From an uncultured Chloroflexia bacterium (GTDB lineage Bacteria > Chloroflexota > Limnocylindria > Limnocylindrales > CSP1-4), in the NCBI GenBank assembly GCA_963748625.1, contig CAVVJT010000004.1:416001-480000 (forward strand): DNA of 64,000 bases, in the 5' to 3' direction. A program made the translations under genes and the position numbers. The first letter of the stretch is position 1. Each line of letters opens with the position of its first letter. Below the pieces are notes generated by a model. It was not told the DNA's origin. It saw nothing but the letters and a program-made list of their open reading frames with translations, and did not search any database. Of this stretch, positions 1-9,881 are shown piece after piece.

Positions 1-397
1 CCGCCCGAGCCGTATACGGCCCCACTCCCGGCAGCGCCTCGAGCGCCTCCACCGACGCCGGCACCTCGCCGCCATGCTCGCGCACGATCTCCTGGGCAGC
101 CCGGTGCAGGGACACCGCGCGCCGGTTATACCCAAGCCCGGCCCACGCGCGCACGGCGTCGGCCACCGGTGCCGCTGCGAGGTCGCGGACCGTCGGCCAG
201 CGGGCCATCCAGCGGGTCCACGCCTCGGCAGCGCGCTCGGCCTGGGTCTGCTGGGCCATCAGCTCGGAGACCAGCACCGCATACGGATCTGCGGTCGTCC
301 GGAAGGCGAGCTCCCGGCCGGTCGCCGCGTACCAGGCCAGGATCGCCTCGCGGACGGAGGGCGGCACCAGGTCATCGGGCGGGGCGAGACTCGTCAC
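1..397 (-). CDS. mutY: A/G-specific adenine glycosylase, 3' end outside the window
   Basis: Not in the ORF track. My manual translation of the minus strand gives ...AILAWYAATGRELAFRTTADPYAVLVSELMAQQTQ...WAGLGYNRRA...LEALPGVGPYTARA, the HhH-GPD MutY signature. GTG start at 397 with TACCCT just upstream. Confidence 0.9.
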   Translation of the reverse strand, partial: MTSLAPPDDLVPPSVREAILAWYAATGRELAFRTTADPYAVLVSELMAQQTQAERAAEAWTRWMARWPTVRDLAAAPVADAVRAWAGLGYNRRAVSLHRAAQEIVREHGGEVPASVEALEALPGVGPYTARA

Positions 398-494
398 GCG
401 TCAAGGGTAGCGGGGGCCAAGCGGACGAAGATTGATCCTCGCGCAGTGCCAGACTCGTCGGTAGGGTGTGACGAGCACCACGCATGGGGGACGA

Positions 495-1022
495 ATGGCC
501 GACCGGGCGGCGACGACGGGAGCACAGCTCGAGCGGGAGCGCGCCTTCGGCCGCCTTGTCGACCGCGAGCTGGCGGCGGCCTACCGGACGGCGTCCCTGC
601 TCCTGCGCGATCCCGCGGAGGCGGAGGACGCCACGCAGGACGCGCTCGAGCGCGCATGGCAGCGCTGGGACCAGCTGCGCGACCCCGATCGGGCGGGGGC
701 CTGGTTCGGCCGGATCCTGGTGAACACCTGCCGGGACCGGATGCGCGCGCCGCGGCGGTCGCCGGTCCGCTGGATCGGCGAGCCGGCGGCGCCAGACGCC
801 ACGGCAGACCTCGCCGAGCGGGACGCGATGGGCCAGGCGCTCGCGGACATGAACCCCGACCAGCGGATCGCGCTGGTCCTCCGCTACTTCCTGGACCTGC
901 CGGTCGAGGAGATCGCGCAGCGGACGGGCGCGCCGGCTGGGACGGTGAAGTCGAGGTTGCGGCTCGCGCTCGACGCGGTGCGGGCGCGCTACGAGGCGCA
1001 TGAGCGCGAGGCGGCACGATGA
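495..1022 (+). CDS. ECF-type RNA polymerase sigma factor
   Basis: Region 2 (AEAEDATQDALERAW...AWFGRILVN) and region 4 (LRYFLDLPVEEIAQRTGAPAGTVKSRL). ATG at 495 after GGGGG; an upstream GTG at 468 is also possible. Confidence 0.9.
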   Translation: MADRAATTGAQLERERAFGRLVDRELAAAYRTASLLLRDPAEAEDATQDALERAWQRWDQLRDPDRAGAWFGRILVNTCRDRMRAPRRSPVRWIGEPAAPDATADLAERDAMGQALADMNPDQRIALVLRYFLDLPVEEIAQRTGAPAGTVKSRLRLALDAVRARYEAHEREAAR

Positions 1023-2416
1023 ACGACGAGCAGCTCGAAGGCCTGGTCCGCGCCGGTCTGCAGGAACGCGCCCCGCGCGAGGTTCCCGCATCCATGGCCG
1101 AGCGGGCCGCCGTGATCCCGTCGAACGCACCTTCTCGCAACCAGGGGACGACTCGCAGGTGGTTCGGGGTTCCAGTCCCCGTCGCCGTCGCGGTCGCCTT
1201 GGTGGCAGTCGTGGCTGTCGCGCTTCCCCCGTCGGTGGGCTTCCTGGCTGGCATGCTCGGCCCGAACGGGGCGGCCGCCCCGCAGGCGCCGGACCCGACC
1301 TCGCCCCTCGGCGCCGGCGCACCGGGAGCATCGGCCGCCGCGAGCCTTCCGCCGATGAGGCGGCTGGTGCCATTCCAGGAGGCGACCCTGGCCGAGGATC
1401 GCCGCACGCTGACGCTCGAGTTCATCGGTGCCAAGGGGTACAGCCCTGGCAACCCGTGCTCCGCCGACTACGCGGCGTGGGCGGAGGCCGATGGGGAGGT
1501 CCTCCGCGCCGCGGTGATGGACATCACCCCCGAGCCCCCCGACGGTCCGGTTGTCGAGTGTGCTGCGATCGGCTACCCGCGCACGGTCACGACGACCCTC
1601 CCCGAGCCGTTCACCGGCTCGGTCGTCGAGGACTTCACCGGTGGCACCCACGTCCTTGACGGCACGGGAGCGGCGGCGTCACCCGGAGCGGTGGAGCTCG
1701 ACACGGTCGTCGTGCCCTTCGCCGGCCGGACGATGTCGGTGACGCTCGTCGGCCTGCCGGGCATCCTGACCGACTGGCGGGCCGCGACCAGCGAGGAGCT
1801 CCTCGACGTCACATGGGACGACCGCGACACGATCGGCCTCGCCGGCCTCAACGAGCGCGAGATCGTCCTCGCGTGGACCGGGACCGTCTGCGACATCGAG
1901 GCGACCCTCACGGCGGCGGCGCACAAGCTCGTGATCTCGCCCGCGCCAAGGGGTGGCTGCGACGCGATGGCCGTCGCACGGGGCGTGGTGCTGACCTACG
2001 CGGACCCTGTTGACCCTGCCGCATTCGAGGTGGCCCTTGCCGGCGAGGCCCCCGCGCTCAACCCATGGGGTCCGCTCGCCGTGATCCCGGGTCAGGACGG
2101 CTCGGACACCGCTCGAGCGGAGGGCATGCTGCGGATCGCCGAGGGATGCGCCTACCTGGACAGCGGAGGCGAGCGTGTGCTCCTCGTCTGGCCGGCTGAC
2201 CGGGTGCGATGGGATGCCAGACCCGGGGACATCGAGTTCGACAACCCGGACGGGACGACCGAGAGCGTTATGGACGGCAACCTGGTGGTCCTCGGCGGCG
2301 GGGGCGGCAGCACCGGGGAGGACGGCGCCTGGTTCGAGGCCATGGACTGGATCGCCGCCCCACCCGATGGCTGTCCGCTGGACGCGTACTGGGTCGTCGG
2401 GACGGTCGAGAGGTGA
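1019..2416 (+). CDS. Putative anti-sigma factor: single TM helix plus multi-domain extracytoplasmic region
   Basis: ATGA overlap with the sigma gene, short cytoplasmic N-terminus, one TM segment (VPVAVAVALVAVVAVAL), Pro-rich linker, Cys-pair domains. Paralog of 3428-4807. Confidence 0.65.
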   Translation: MNDEQLEGLVRAGLQERAPREVPASMAERAAVIPSNAPSRNQGTTRRWFGVPVPVAVAVALVAVVAVALPPSVGFLAGMLGPNGAAAPQAPDPTSPLGAGAPGASAAASLPPMRRLVPFQEATLAEDRRTLTLEFIGAKGYSPGNPCSADYAAWAEADGEVLRAAVMDITPEPPDGPVVECAAIGYPRTVTTTLPEPFTGSVVEDFTGGTHVLDGTGAAASPGAVELDTVVVPFAGRTMSVTLVGLPGILTDWRAATSEELLDVTWDDRDTIGLAGLNEREIVLAWTGTVCDIEATLTAAAHKLVISPAPRGGCDAMAVARGVVLTYADPVDPAAFEVALAGEAPALNPWGPLAVIPGQDGSDTARAEGMLRIAEGCAYLDSGGERVLLVWPADRVRWDARPGDIEFDNPDGTTESVMDGNLVVLGGGGGSTGEDGAWFEAMDWIAAPPDGCPLDAYWVVGTVER

Positions 2417-2422
2417 TCTGAC

Positions 2423-2848
2423 ATGCGGCGGCTGCGGCAGATCGGCTGGGCGGGGCTCACGCTGTCGGGCGCGGCGGGGGTCGTCGGGCTGGTCCTGGTG
2501 CTCGGGTCGGCAGTTGCTGCGGGGGACTGGTACCTCGCGCCGATGCCCTGGATCGGCATCGGCATGGTCCTCGTCGTCCTGAGCCTTGCATGCGGTGCCG
2601 GTTTCGGCGTGCTACTCGACATCGCGGAGCCGATCGGCCTGTGGCGGCTGCTCGCGATCCCGCCCTCGCTGCTGCTCGGCGGCTTCTGGGCGTTCGTCCT
2701 CGCCTACGGCCTGCCGACGACGGGCGGTCCGGACTCCGACGTGGCGACGATCCTGTACACGCTGCCCCTGCTGATGGCGGTCCTGGTCATTGCCACCGTC
2801 GCACTCGCGCTCCCCGCCGTCGCGGGAAGGCGCACCATCACCCGCTGA
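2423..2848 (+). CDS. Hypothetical 4-TM membrane protein
   Basis: Four hydrophobic stretches; GAGGTG SD before the ATG. Confidence 0.7.
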   Translation: MRRLRQIGWAGLTLSGAAGVVGLVLVLGSAVAAGDWYLAPMPWIGIGMVLVVLSLACGAGFGVLLDIAEPIGLWRLLAIPPSLLLGGFWAFVLAYGLPTTGGPDSDVATILYTLPLLMAVLVIATVALALPAVAGRRTITR

Positions 2849-2919
2849 CGTACACCGACGCACTCACCCGTTTCGCCATGCCGGTGCCTCTCCTTGGTCA
2901 CACATGGGGCGAAGGATGG

Positions 2920-3435
2920 ATGGACACTGTGCTGGTGAGCGAGGGGACTCCGGCGATCACAGGCGAACGGGAGGCGCTGGCCGACGCGCTGGCGGCGCAC
3001 GGTCCCGTGCTGCTCGCCACGGCCCGTGTGATCACGATGGACGCCGATGAGGCGCAGGACCTCGTCCAGGTGACGTTCGAGATCGCCCTCCGCAAGGCAG
3101 ACCAGCTCCGCGACCCAGCTGCGTTGCGCGCGTGGCTCCTGCGGATCGAGGTCCGCGAGGCCTTCCGCGTGGTGCGTCGTCTGCGGCGGCTGGTCTCCCT
3201 CGATGGCCACGTGACCGACCTGACCACCCAGCCGCCCGACCTCGCCCAGCGCGCGGACGTCCGAGACGCCATGCGCAGGCTGCCGAAGCGGACGCGGGCA
3301 GCGATCGCCCTCCACCACATGGCCGGGCTCTCCGTCGCCGAGACCGCGACCGCGATGGGCACCAGCGAGAACACCGTCAAGAGCCAGCTCCGCACGGGGC
3401 TGGCCCGCCTGCGGGAGGACCTCGGCGATGGCTGA
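2920..3435 (+). CDS. ECF-type RNA polymerase sigma factor (second copy)
   Basis: EAQDLVQVTF...LRAWLLRI and LHHMAGLSVAETATAMGTSENTVKSQL motifs; ATG at 2920 after GAAGGA. Confidence 0.9.
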   Translation: MDTVLVSEGTPAITGEREALADALAAHGPVLLATARVITMDADEAQDLVQVTFEIALRKADQLRDPAALRAWLLRIEVREAFRVVRRLRRLVSLDGHVTDLTTQPPDLAQRADVRDAMRRLPKRTRAAIALHHMAGLSVAETATAMGTSENTVKSQLRTGLARLREDLGDG

Positions 3436-4807
3436 CCGCCCGACCGACCCCGCCGTGGACCCCGCTATCGACCCCCGCGTCGAGGCCTACCTCCACGCCG
3501 AGCTCGCACAGGCCGAGCGCGACGCCATGCGCGACGCCGTGTTCGATGCCCTGCACCCGCGGTCCGGCCGGGTGCGACGCCGGGATCGCATCGGCCCGAT
3601 CGCAGCACTTGCGGTCGCCGGAGCCGGCCTCGTGCTGGTCGTAGCCCTGGGCGGGCCACGGCTCATGGGCGTGGCGGCGACCCCCGCGCCGTCGGACCCG
3701 ACCGGTTCCGGCCCCTCAGCGCCGTCCGCGGTCGACCCCGCAGCGACGCCAGACCCCGAGACGGTCGTCCGCTTCGACGGCCTCTCGCTCTCCGCCGACG
3801 GGCGGATGCTCACCCTCGAGTTCACGGGCGGCAAGGAATACGAGCCCGGCAACCCGTGCACCAGCGACTACGCGGGCTGGACGGAGGTGGTCGACGGCGT
3901 GCTGCACGCAGCGGTCGTCGACATCACGCCGGCGCTCACGGACCCCCCGGCGTACGAGTGCACGGCCGAGGGCTACGGGCGCACGGTGTTGGTGACGCTG
4001 CCGGAGCCCTTCACTGGCGACCGCGTCGTGGATCTCTCCGACGGGGTCACGAAGTTCGTCCGGGAGCCGGCCGACCTCGTCGAGTTGGAGGGACTTCCTG
4101 GGGCGTGGAGCCTGCAGTTCTCCGAGAGCGTCGACTCCGACGGCATCCCGCGCTGGCGTCGGGTCTATGCGACGTCCTCCGCGACCGAAGGCTCAGGTGT
4201 GGGCCGGCTCGAGCTGACCCAGGGCTTCGGCGGTGCTGCGGGCGTCAGCGGCGGTGATACCGATACGGATGTCATGGTTGGCGAGCATCCGGGTGTCCTC
4301 TATCGGACTCCCCTGTACGGCGAGCTGGTCCTCGTCTGGATGCTGGGCGACCATGGGCTGGCCATCGTGGCCAACGATGCCGACTTCACCCCCGACGAGC
4401 TGATCGCCCTCGCGGAGAGCGCGATCATCCCGGATGGCGATGACTGGGGTCCGCTCGCGGTTGTCGCCCCACCGGGTGTCGCCATGTGGGCGCGGGACGA
4501 GGGGACCCTCAGAATCACCGATGACTGCGTCTACCTCATGCACCAGGACGAGCCGACCCTGCTCATCTGGCCCTCAGACCAGACGACCTGGGACGCGGCG
4601 ACGCGCACGGTCACCTTCACCAACAGCGACGGCAGCACCGTCACCGCGGGCGACGGCACCACGGTCGTCCTCGGGGGAGGCGAGGTGCCCCGGACGGACG
4701 GTGTCGGGAGCGGCGGCGTCCAGTTCGGTGGCATGCGCTGGGTGGCCCCGCCGCCGGACACGTGCCTGGTCGGCTCCTCATGGTCCGTCAGCGCGATGGG
4801 CAGGTAG
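3428..4807 (+). CDS. Putative anti-sigma factor, paralog of 1019-2416
   Basis: Overlaps the sigma stop; one TM helix; shares the LTLEFxGxKxYxPGNPC and WGPLAV...EGxLRI domains with 1019-2416. Confidence 0.65.
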   Translation: MADRPTDPAVDPAIDPRVEAYLHAELAQAERDAMRDAVFDALHPRSGRVRRRDRIGPIAALAVAGAGLVLVVALGGPRLMGVAATPAPSDPTGSGPSAPSAVDPAATPDPETVVRFDGLSLSADGRMLTLEFTGGKEYEPGNPCTSDYAGWTEVVDGVLHAAVVDITPALTDPPAYECTAEGYGRTVLVTLPEPFTGDRVVDLSDGVTKFVREPADLVELEGLPGAWSLQFSESVDSDGIPRWRRVYATSSATEGSGVGRLELTQGFGGAAGVSGGDTDTDVMVGEHPGVLYRTPLYGELVLVWMLGDHGLAIVANDADFTPDELIALAESAIIPDGDDWGPLAVVAPPGVAMWARDEGTLRITDDCVYLMHQDEPTLLIWPSDQTTWDAATRTVTFTNSDGSTVTAGDGTTVVLGGGEVPRTDGVGSGGVQFGGMRWVAPPPDTCLVGSSWSVSAMGR

Positions 4808-5131
4808 CCCGGCGAGGCCACACGTTCGACCCGTTCAGGATCCGGGTAACGGGGCCTGAAGTCGAAGCGTCATACCGGCACGCAGTCCCCTGCGCCACCC
4901 GCTGACGAAGGACCGCTCAACGACCAGCGCGCCCGCTGCGCAGCTGGACTCCCGGCACCCCGGAGCGCCGTGCCATGAGGCTCGCTCATTCCTGTCAACC
5001 GGAGCGTGACAGCAGTCAATACCCGCTTCTACGATGCGTTACAGCCCCCCGTGACACCGCGGGCGCCGTTGGTCGGCACGCCAGCGTCCTGCACGGCTCC
5101 GCGGGTGGCTGCTGAGGGGGGGTACTCGAGG

Positions 5132-7345
5132 GTGGTCGCCTCACAGCTCGCCGGGCACCGGTACATGCCCGAGGTCGAGGGACTGCGTGCCGTTGCGGCA
5201 GTCCTCGTCGCCGTCTACCACGTGTTCCTGGGGCGCGTGTCCGGCGGCGTCGACGTCTTCTTCGTGATCGCAGGCTTCCTGATCACGACGTCCCTCGTCG
5301 CCCAGGCGACGGGCGATGACGGCGTGCGCGCGGGCCGTTACCTCGGACGCCTGATGGTCCGCCTGCTGCCCGTCGCGTTGCTCGTGCTCGCATTCGTGAT
5401 CGCCGGGATCTTCCTGTGGATGCCCGCGACGCGCCACGGATCGATGCTTGCAGAGGTCGCGGCGTCCGCCCTCTACGTCGAGAACTGGGCGCTCGCCGCC
5501 AAGGCGGTCGACTATGCGGCCAGGGAGGAGATCAAGAGCCCGGTCCAGCACTTCTGGGCAATGGCCGTCCAAGGGCAGTTCTACCTGATCTGGCTGCTCC
5601 TGGCGGGCCTGATCGGTCTGGCGGCGGGACCACGGCGCTTCCGGCGGCTGTTCGGTGCTGCCCTGTGCCTGCTCTTCGCGGCATCCCTCGCCTGGTCGGT
5701 CCTCCTGACCGCGGACAACCAGCCACTGGCCTACTTCCACACGGGCGTGCGGGTCTGGGAGTTCGCGGCGGGCGGCCTGCTCGCCCTCGCGATCGGGCCG
5801 ATACGGGCGCGCCTCGATCGAGCCGGCCAAGCGGGATCCGCACTCTGTGGGATCGCAGGCTGGACCGGCCTGGCGCTCGTCGTGAGCTGCGGGCTGGTCC
5901 TGAGCGTCTCACGGCAGTTTCCCGGGGTGGCGGCGCTCTGGCCGGTGGCGGGTGCGCTGCTCGTCGTGATCGCATCAGGCCGATGCGGGCAATTCGGCGT
6001 GGGGCGTCTGCTGGCGTCGCGGCCCTTCGTGTTCGTCGGCGGCGTTGCCTACGCCCTGTACCTGTGGCACTGGCCGGTGCTGACGTTCGTCCGGAGCGCC
6101 AACCCGTCGGGTGAGGTCGGCCTCCGCGCCGGCGTGTTGGTCCTCGCCGTGTCGTTCGTGCTCGCGGTGGTGACCACCAGGATTGTCGAGCAGCCGATCC
6201 GCCTCCGGCTGGCGGTGACGCCGCACCCCTGGCGGGCGGTGGCCGGGGGCGCGGCTGCCCTGGTGCTCGTCGCATCGGTGTCCATGACGCTCGACCGGCT
6301 GGCGAGCGGCTCCCCGGCCTCGGCGGCCACGGCGGGCACGCCGGCCGTCGATGACGAAGGCCTGGCGGTCGAGCCGGAGGATCTCGAGGGCGTGCCGGCG
6401 ATTGGCGCCGGGGCCGTTGTCGCGGGCGGCGGACAGCACACGCCAGCGCCTGGAGCCGGCACGCCTGGACCGTCCGGCTCGGCAGGGATACCGGGCGGCA
6501 GCGCAACGCCAACGGTTACCGCGGCACCTGGAATGCCGGCCGGCGGGATCACGCAGGCCCGCTCTGAGGGTCCCTTCGTCCCGACCGCGCTCGAGGCCGG
6601 CGAGGACATGGCGGCGCTCAATCGCGAGGACTGCCAGCAGAAGATCGACAGGCCCGATCTTGTCATCTGCGAGCGCGGGGCAATTGGCGGCCAGAAGACG
6701 GCGATGCTCATCGGCGGCAGCCACGCGGCCCACTGGTACCCAGCAGTCAACGCCATTGCCAGGAGACGTGACTGGCGGCTGGTCACGGGCGTCAAGGCAG
6801 GGTGCAGGATCACGCTGAGTCGTGAGTTCAGCGAGGACGGCGAGGCGCAGTCCTGCAAGGCGTGGCTGGACGAGCTGCTGAGCTACATCGAGCACAACCC
6901 GCCCGACTTCATCATCACCACGGGGACCGCGACGAGCCCACGCGACGAATGGGTTCCCGAGGGGTACACCGACATCTGGAGGATGCTGGGTGCGAAGGGC
7001 ATTCCGGTGATCGCCATCCGCGACACCCCGCGGGCGCCGTTCGACCGAGTGGACTGCCTGGCGCTCCATGGTGCGGAGCCCTGGGCGTGCGACATCGAGC
7101 GCGAGCCCACCCTCGACCGCGAGAACCCCATGCTCCTGCTGGAGGATCTGCCATCCAACGTCATCCCGGTTGATGTGAACGCGTGGCTGTGCTCGACCAA
7201 CGCCTGCCCCGCGGTCGTGGGGCATGTCACCGTGTACCGGGACGCCCACCATCTCACCGCCACCTACTCCCGCACACTGGCACCGATGCTGGCGGCCCAG
7301 ATCCCCAAGGATCCCCAGTCCGTCATCGCGGCAACCGGCCAATGA
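5132..7345 (+). CDS. Acyltransferase-3 (OafA/OatA-like) fused to a C-terminal SGNH domain
   Basis: EGLRAVA, GGVDVFFVIAGFLIT, QHFWAMAVQGQFY and YALYLWHWP motifs; C-terminal GGSHA...RDAHH. Start codon uncertain (GTG 5132). Confidence 0.9.
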   Translation: MVASQLAGHRYMPEVEGLRAVAAVLVAVYHVFLGRVSGGVDVFFVIAGFLITTSLVAQATGDDGVRAGRYLGRLMVRLLPVALLVLAFVIAGIFLWMPATRHGSMLAEVAASALYVENWALAAKAVDYAAREEIKSPVQHFWAMAVQGQFYLIWLLLAGLIGLAAGPRRFRRLFGAALCLLFAASLAWSVLLTADNQPLAYFHTGVRVWEFAAGGLLALAIGPIRARLDRAGQAGSALCGIAGWTGLALVVSCGLVLSVSRQFPGVAALWPVAGALLVVIASGRCGQFGVGRLLASRPFVFVGGVAYALYLWHWPVLTFVRSANPSGEVGLRAGVLVLAVSFVLAVVTTRIVEQPIRLRLAVTPHPWRAVAGGAAALVLVASVSMTLDRLASGSPASAATAGTPAVDDEGLAVEPEDLEGVPAIGAGAVVAGGGQHTPAPGAGTPGPSGSAGIPGGSATPTVTAAPGMPAGGITQARSEGPFVPTALEAGEDMAALNREDCQQKIDRPDLVICERGAIGGQKTAMLIGGSHAAHWYPAVNAIARRRDWRLVTGVKAGCRITLSREFSEDGEAQSCKAWLDELLSYIEHNPPDFIITTGTATSPRDEWVPEGYTDIWRMLGAKGIPVIAIRDTPRAPFDRVDCLALHGAEPWACDIEREPTLDRENPMLLLEDLPSNVIPVDVNAWLCSTNACPAVVGHVTVYRDAHHLTATYSRTLAPMLAAQIPKDPQSVIAATGQ

Positions 7346-7376
7346 ACGCCAGCACCACATGCACGTTGAGGGGACG

Positions 7377-8330
7377 ATGATGCCTGACCGCAGCCGCAGC
7401 GCCTGGCGGGCGCTGACCACCGCCCTGGTCCTTGCCGGGGTCACGGCGATGACCGTTGAAGCCGCGCCGCGACCGGGCGCCGGCGCCCCGGACGATGCCT
7501 GGCAGCAGGCGATGCCCGGCGTGACGCTGCCTCGACCCAGCGAACCCGGTGAGGCCCGCCCGGCCTCAGCACCACAGCCCCCGACGGGCGAATACAACCC
7601 GACGCTCGGTGCGGCAGCTGGCGACGTAGCGGCGCTGAACCGCGCAGGGTGCCAGCAGAGCCTGACCGGGTTCAAGCTCATCGTCTGCGTCCGCGGCGAC
7701 ACGGGCGGCAGGCGCACGGCACTGCTGGCCGGCGGGAGCCATGCCACCCACCTGTATCCGCCGGTCAACCGCATCGCACGCGAGCGGGGCTGGCGCCTCC
7801 TCACGGCGGTCAAGGCAGGCTGTCGCCTGGACCTGGACCAGGTCTTCACCTCCAGCACCCGGGATCGCTCGTGCAAGGCCTGGCTGGATGCCCTGGTCGC
7901 CCGGATCAAGCGGGATCCGCCCTACGTCTTCATCACCACCGGGACGATCACGTCGACCTCAGGGGAGCGCCTGCCCTCCGGCTACATCCGGTTGTGGAGG
8001 CTGCTCAACCGGCTCGGTGTCAAGGTCATCGCCATCCGTGACACGCCGCGTACGACCTTTGACCGTGTCACCTGCCTGCGTGATCATCCCCGCCACCCGG
8101 AGGCCTGCGAGATCGTGCGCGATGCGTCCCTGGATGCCACGAGCCCCCTCGTGCGGCGAGAGGATGAGTTGCCCGGCAATGTCGTGGCGGTGGATCTGAC
8201 CGAGGCCGTCTGCACCGACACGATCTGTCCCGCGGTCTCGGGGAGCTACGTGATGTACCGGGACAGACACCACTTCACGGCGACCTTCGCGCGGACGCTT
8301 ACCTCGCCCCTCCGCGCCCAGATCCCCTAG
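7377..8330 (+). CDS. Secreted stand-alone SGNH-hydrolase domain protein
   Basis: Signal peptide, then clear similarity to the C-terminal domain of the upstream gene (GGSHA, VKAGC, AIRDTPR, YRDRHH). Confidence 0.8.
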   Translation: MMPDRSRSAWRALTTALVLAGVTAMTVEAAPRPGAGAPDDAWQQAMPGVTLPRPSEPGEARPASAPQPPTGEYNPTLGAAAGDVAALNRAGCQQSLTGFKLIVCVRGDTGGRRTALLAGGSHATHLYPPVNRIARERGWRLLTAVKAGCRLDLDQVFTSSTRDRSCKAWLDALVARIKRDPPYVFITTGTITSTSGERLPSGYIRLWRLLNRLGVKVIAIRDTPRTTFDRVTCLRDHPRHPEACEIVRDASLDATSPLVRREDELPGNVVAVDLTEAVCTDTICPAVSGSYVMYRDRHHFTATFARTLTSPLRAQIP

Positions 8331-8468
8331 CGGGAACACGGGGGCAGCAGCGCTCCGCCCAATCGCGTGATTGCGGGGGCGGCGTAGAATCGAGGTGTCC
8401 GCTGCGACGGCGATCGAGCGTGGCTCCGCGCTCTTGCACGTCCGCCGGCGGCATCGGGCAGGTGCGGT

Positions 8469-8933
8469 ATGGACCAGGTCGTCAAGCCGGACGCTCCATT
8501 CGGGATCGACCGGGCGGGCGCTGGTTGGCGCCGCCTCGACGGTCCCTCCCTGGCGTCCTCCGACGCATGCCGCATGGCCCTCGCCGTGTACGAGCGCGCC
8601 TACCGCATGTGCCGTGAGATGGAGCCCGACGTGGGCTTCGCGGAGCGGTTCACCGCCGGGCGACGATCGCTCGACGCCCGGCGCCGCGCGCACGCGTGGA
8701 CACTTTCCGTCGAGCGCATGGCGGCGGTCGAGGCGTTGCTCGACCAGATCACGCAGGCGTCCGCAGACCAGGCAGGGGACTGGATGGACCGCTTCCCCCG
8801 GGTCTTCATGGGGATCCTCGAACGGAGGACCAGTCAGGGCACGCTGCCCGATGTGCCGGGTCGCCGCTTCAACGAACGGGCCCCCACGCCCCAGCCGACG
8901 GCACGGATTCCGATGCGGGTCGTCTTGGACTAG
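8469..8933 (+). CDS. Hypothetical protein
   Basis: 154-aa ORF with a plausible amino-acid composition that fills the gap; GGCAGGTG SD-like sequence. Confidence 0.55.
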   Translation: MDQVVKPDAPFGIDRAGAGWRRLDGPSLASSDACRMALAVYERAYRMCREMEPDVGFAERFTAGRRSLDARRRAHAWTLSVERMAAVEALLDQITQASADQAGDWMDRFPRVFMGILERRTSQGTLPDVPGRRFNERAPTPQPTARIPMRVVLD

Positions 8934-8975
8934 GTGGCGTTCCCCGGGGTTTGCGTGGCAAGCGGACCGCCAAGG

Positions 8976-9881
8976 CTACGGGTCGAAGCGAACCGCCAGG
9001 TAGCCGACCGTGCGATCGCGCGGGCCGCCGGCATCGGCGGAGGTGGCGGCGGCGAGCACGGTCCCCGTCTGCGCACCCATTGCATGCAGGGCGGCCAGGC
9101 CCAGGACCGCGGGCTCGATCCCGCACATGCCGCAGGCCACGCCTCGCAGGCGGGCCGAGCGAAGGTCCTCCTCGCGCGCCGCCAGGCCTGCTGCATCGAT
9201 CCGCAGGATGGCCGGGAGGTGGTCGCGGGTCACCCGCTCGCAAACGTCCGCCGCCGGGTAGTGCGCCATGTCCGTGCTGATCGCCAGCAGGATCCGGGCA
9301 CCATCGGCACGACGCCTGGCGAGGAGCGCCCCCAGCCGCGCACCAGCCGCAATGGCTTCGGGACCGGTACCGGTGCCGACAGCCAGCGGCACGATCAGGG
9401 CGCCCGGCGCGATGCCGGCCAGGACCGGCAACTGGACCTCGATCGAGTGCTCGCCCTGGTGCGCCTCGGGGTCGGCAATGAACGGGAACCCCAGGTCGAT
9501 GACGGCGGCGGCGAGATCCTCGTCCACCTCCGTCACGCCGGCCGGGGTGTCCCAGCCGCCCGTGGGCCAGGCAGCGACACCGCGGAGCCACGGCGCGACG
9601 TGGTTGGTGCCCAGGATGACGACCGTGATCGGCCGCTCATCGTCCACCACGCGGAGCATGGTCCAGCCCGCGGCCGCCACCAGCCCGGAGTAGACGAGGC
9701 CCGCGTGTGGCACCAGGATGCCCAGCGGCTCGGGGCGACTCTCGACATGGTCGACGGCCACCGCCGGCAGGGCGGCAGCCGAGCCCAGGAGGCCGCCGAC
9801 GAGCTCTTCGAGATCGGCGTGGTCATCGGGATAGAAGCTGCCGGCGACCGCCGGCCAGCGGATTCCTCCGGGGCGTGTCAC
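8976..9881 (-). CDS. amrB: AmmeMemoRadiSam system protein B (MEMO1 family)
   Basis: RWPAVAGSFYP, PHAGLVYSG, EHSIEVQLP, STDMAHY and CGMCG motifs. GTG start overlaps the amrS stop. Confidence 0.9.
   Translation of the reverse strand: MTRPGGIRWPAVAGSFYPDDHADLEELVGGLLGSAAALPAVAVDHVESRPEPLGILVPHAGLVYSGLVAAAGWTMLRVVDDERPITVVILGTNHVAPWLRGVAAWPTGGWDTPAGVTEVDEDLAAAVIDLGFPFIADPEAHQGEHSIEVQLPVLAGIAPGALIVPLAVGTGTGPEAIAAGARLGALLARRRADGARILLAISTDMAHYPAADVCERVTRDHLPAILRIDAAGLAAREEDLRSARLRGVACGMCGIEPAVLGLAALHAMGAQTGTVLAAATSADAGGPRDRTVGYLAVRFDP

Noticed and set aside
478-2912. CAC(G/A)CATGGGG shared upstream of both ECF sigma genes
   Set aside because: Short, overlaps the likely SD region, and lacks the paired inverted box of the 111-bp family; too weak to call a promoter or repeat.
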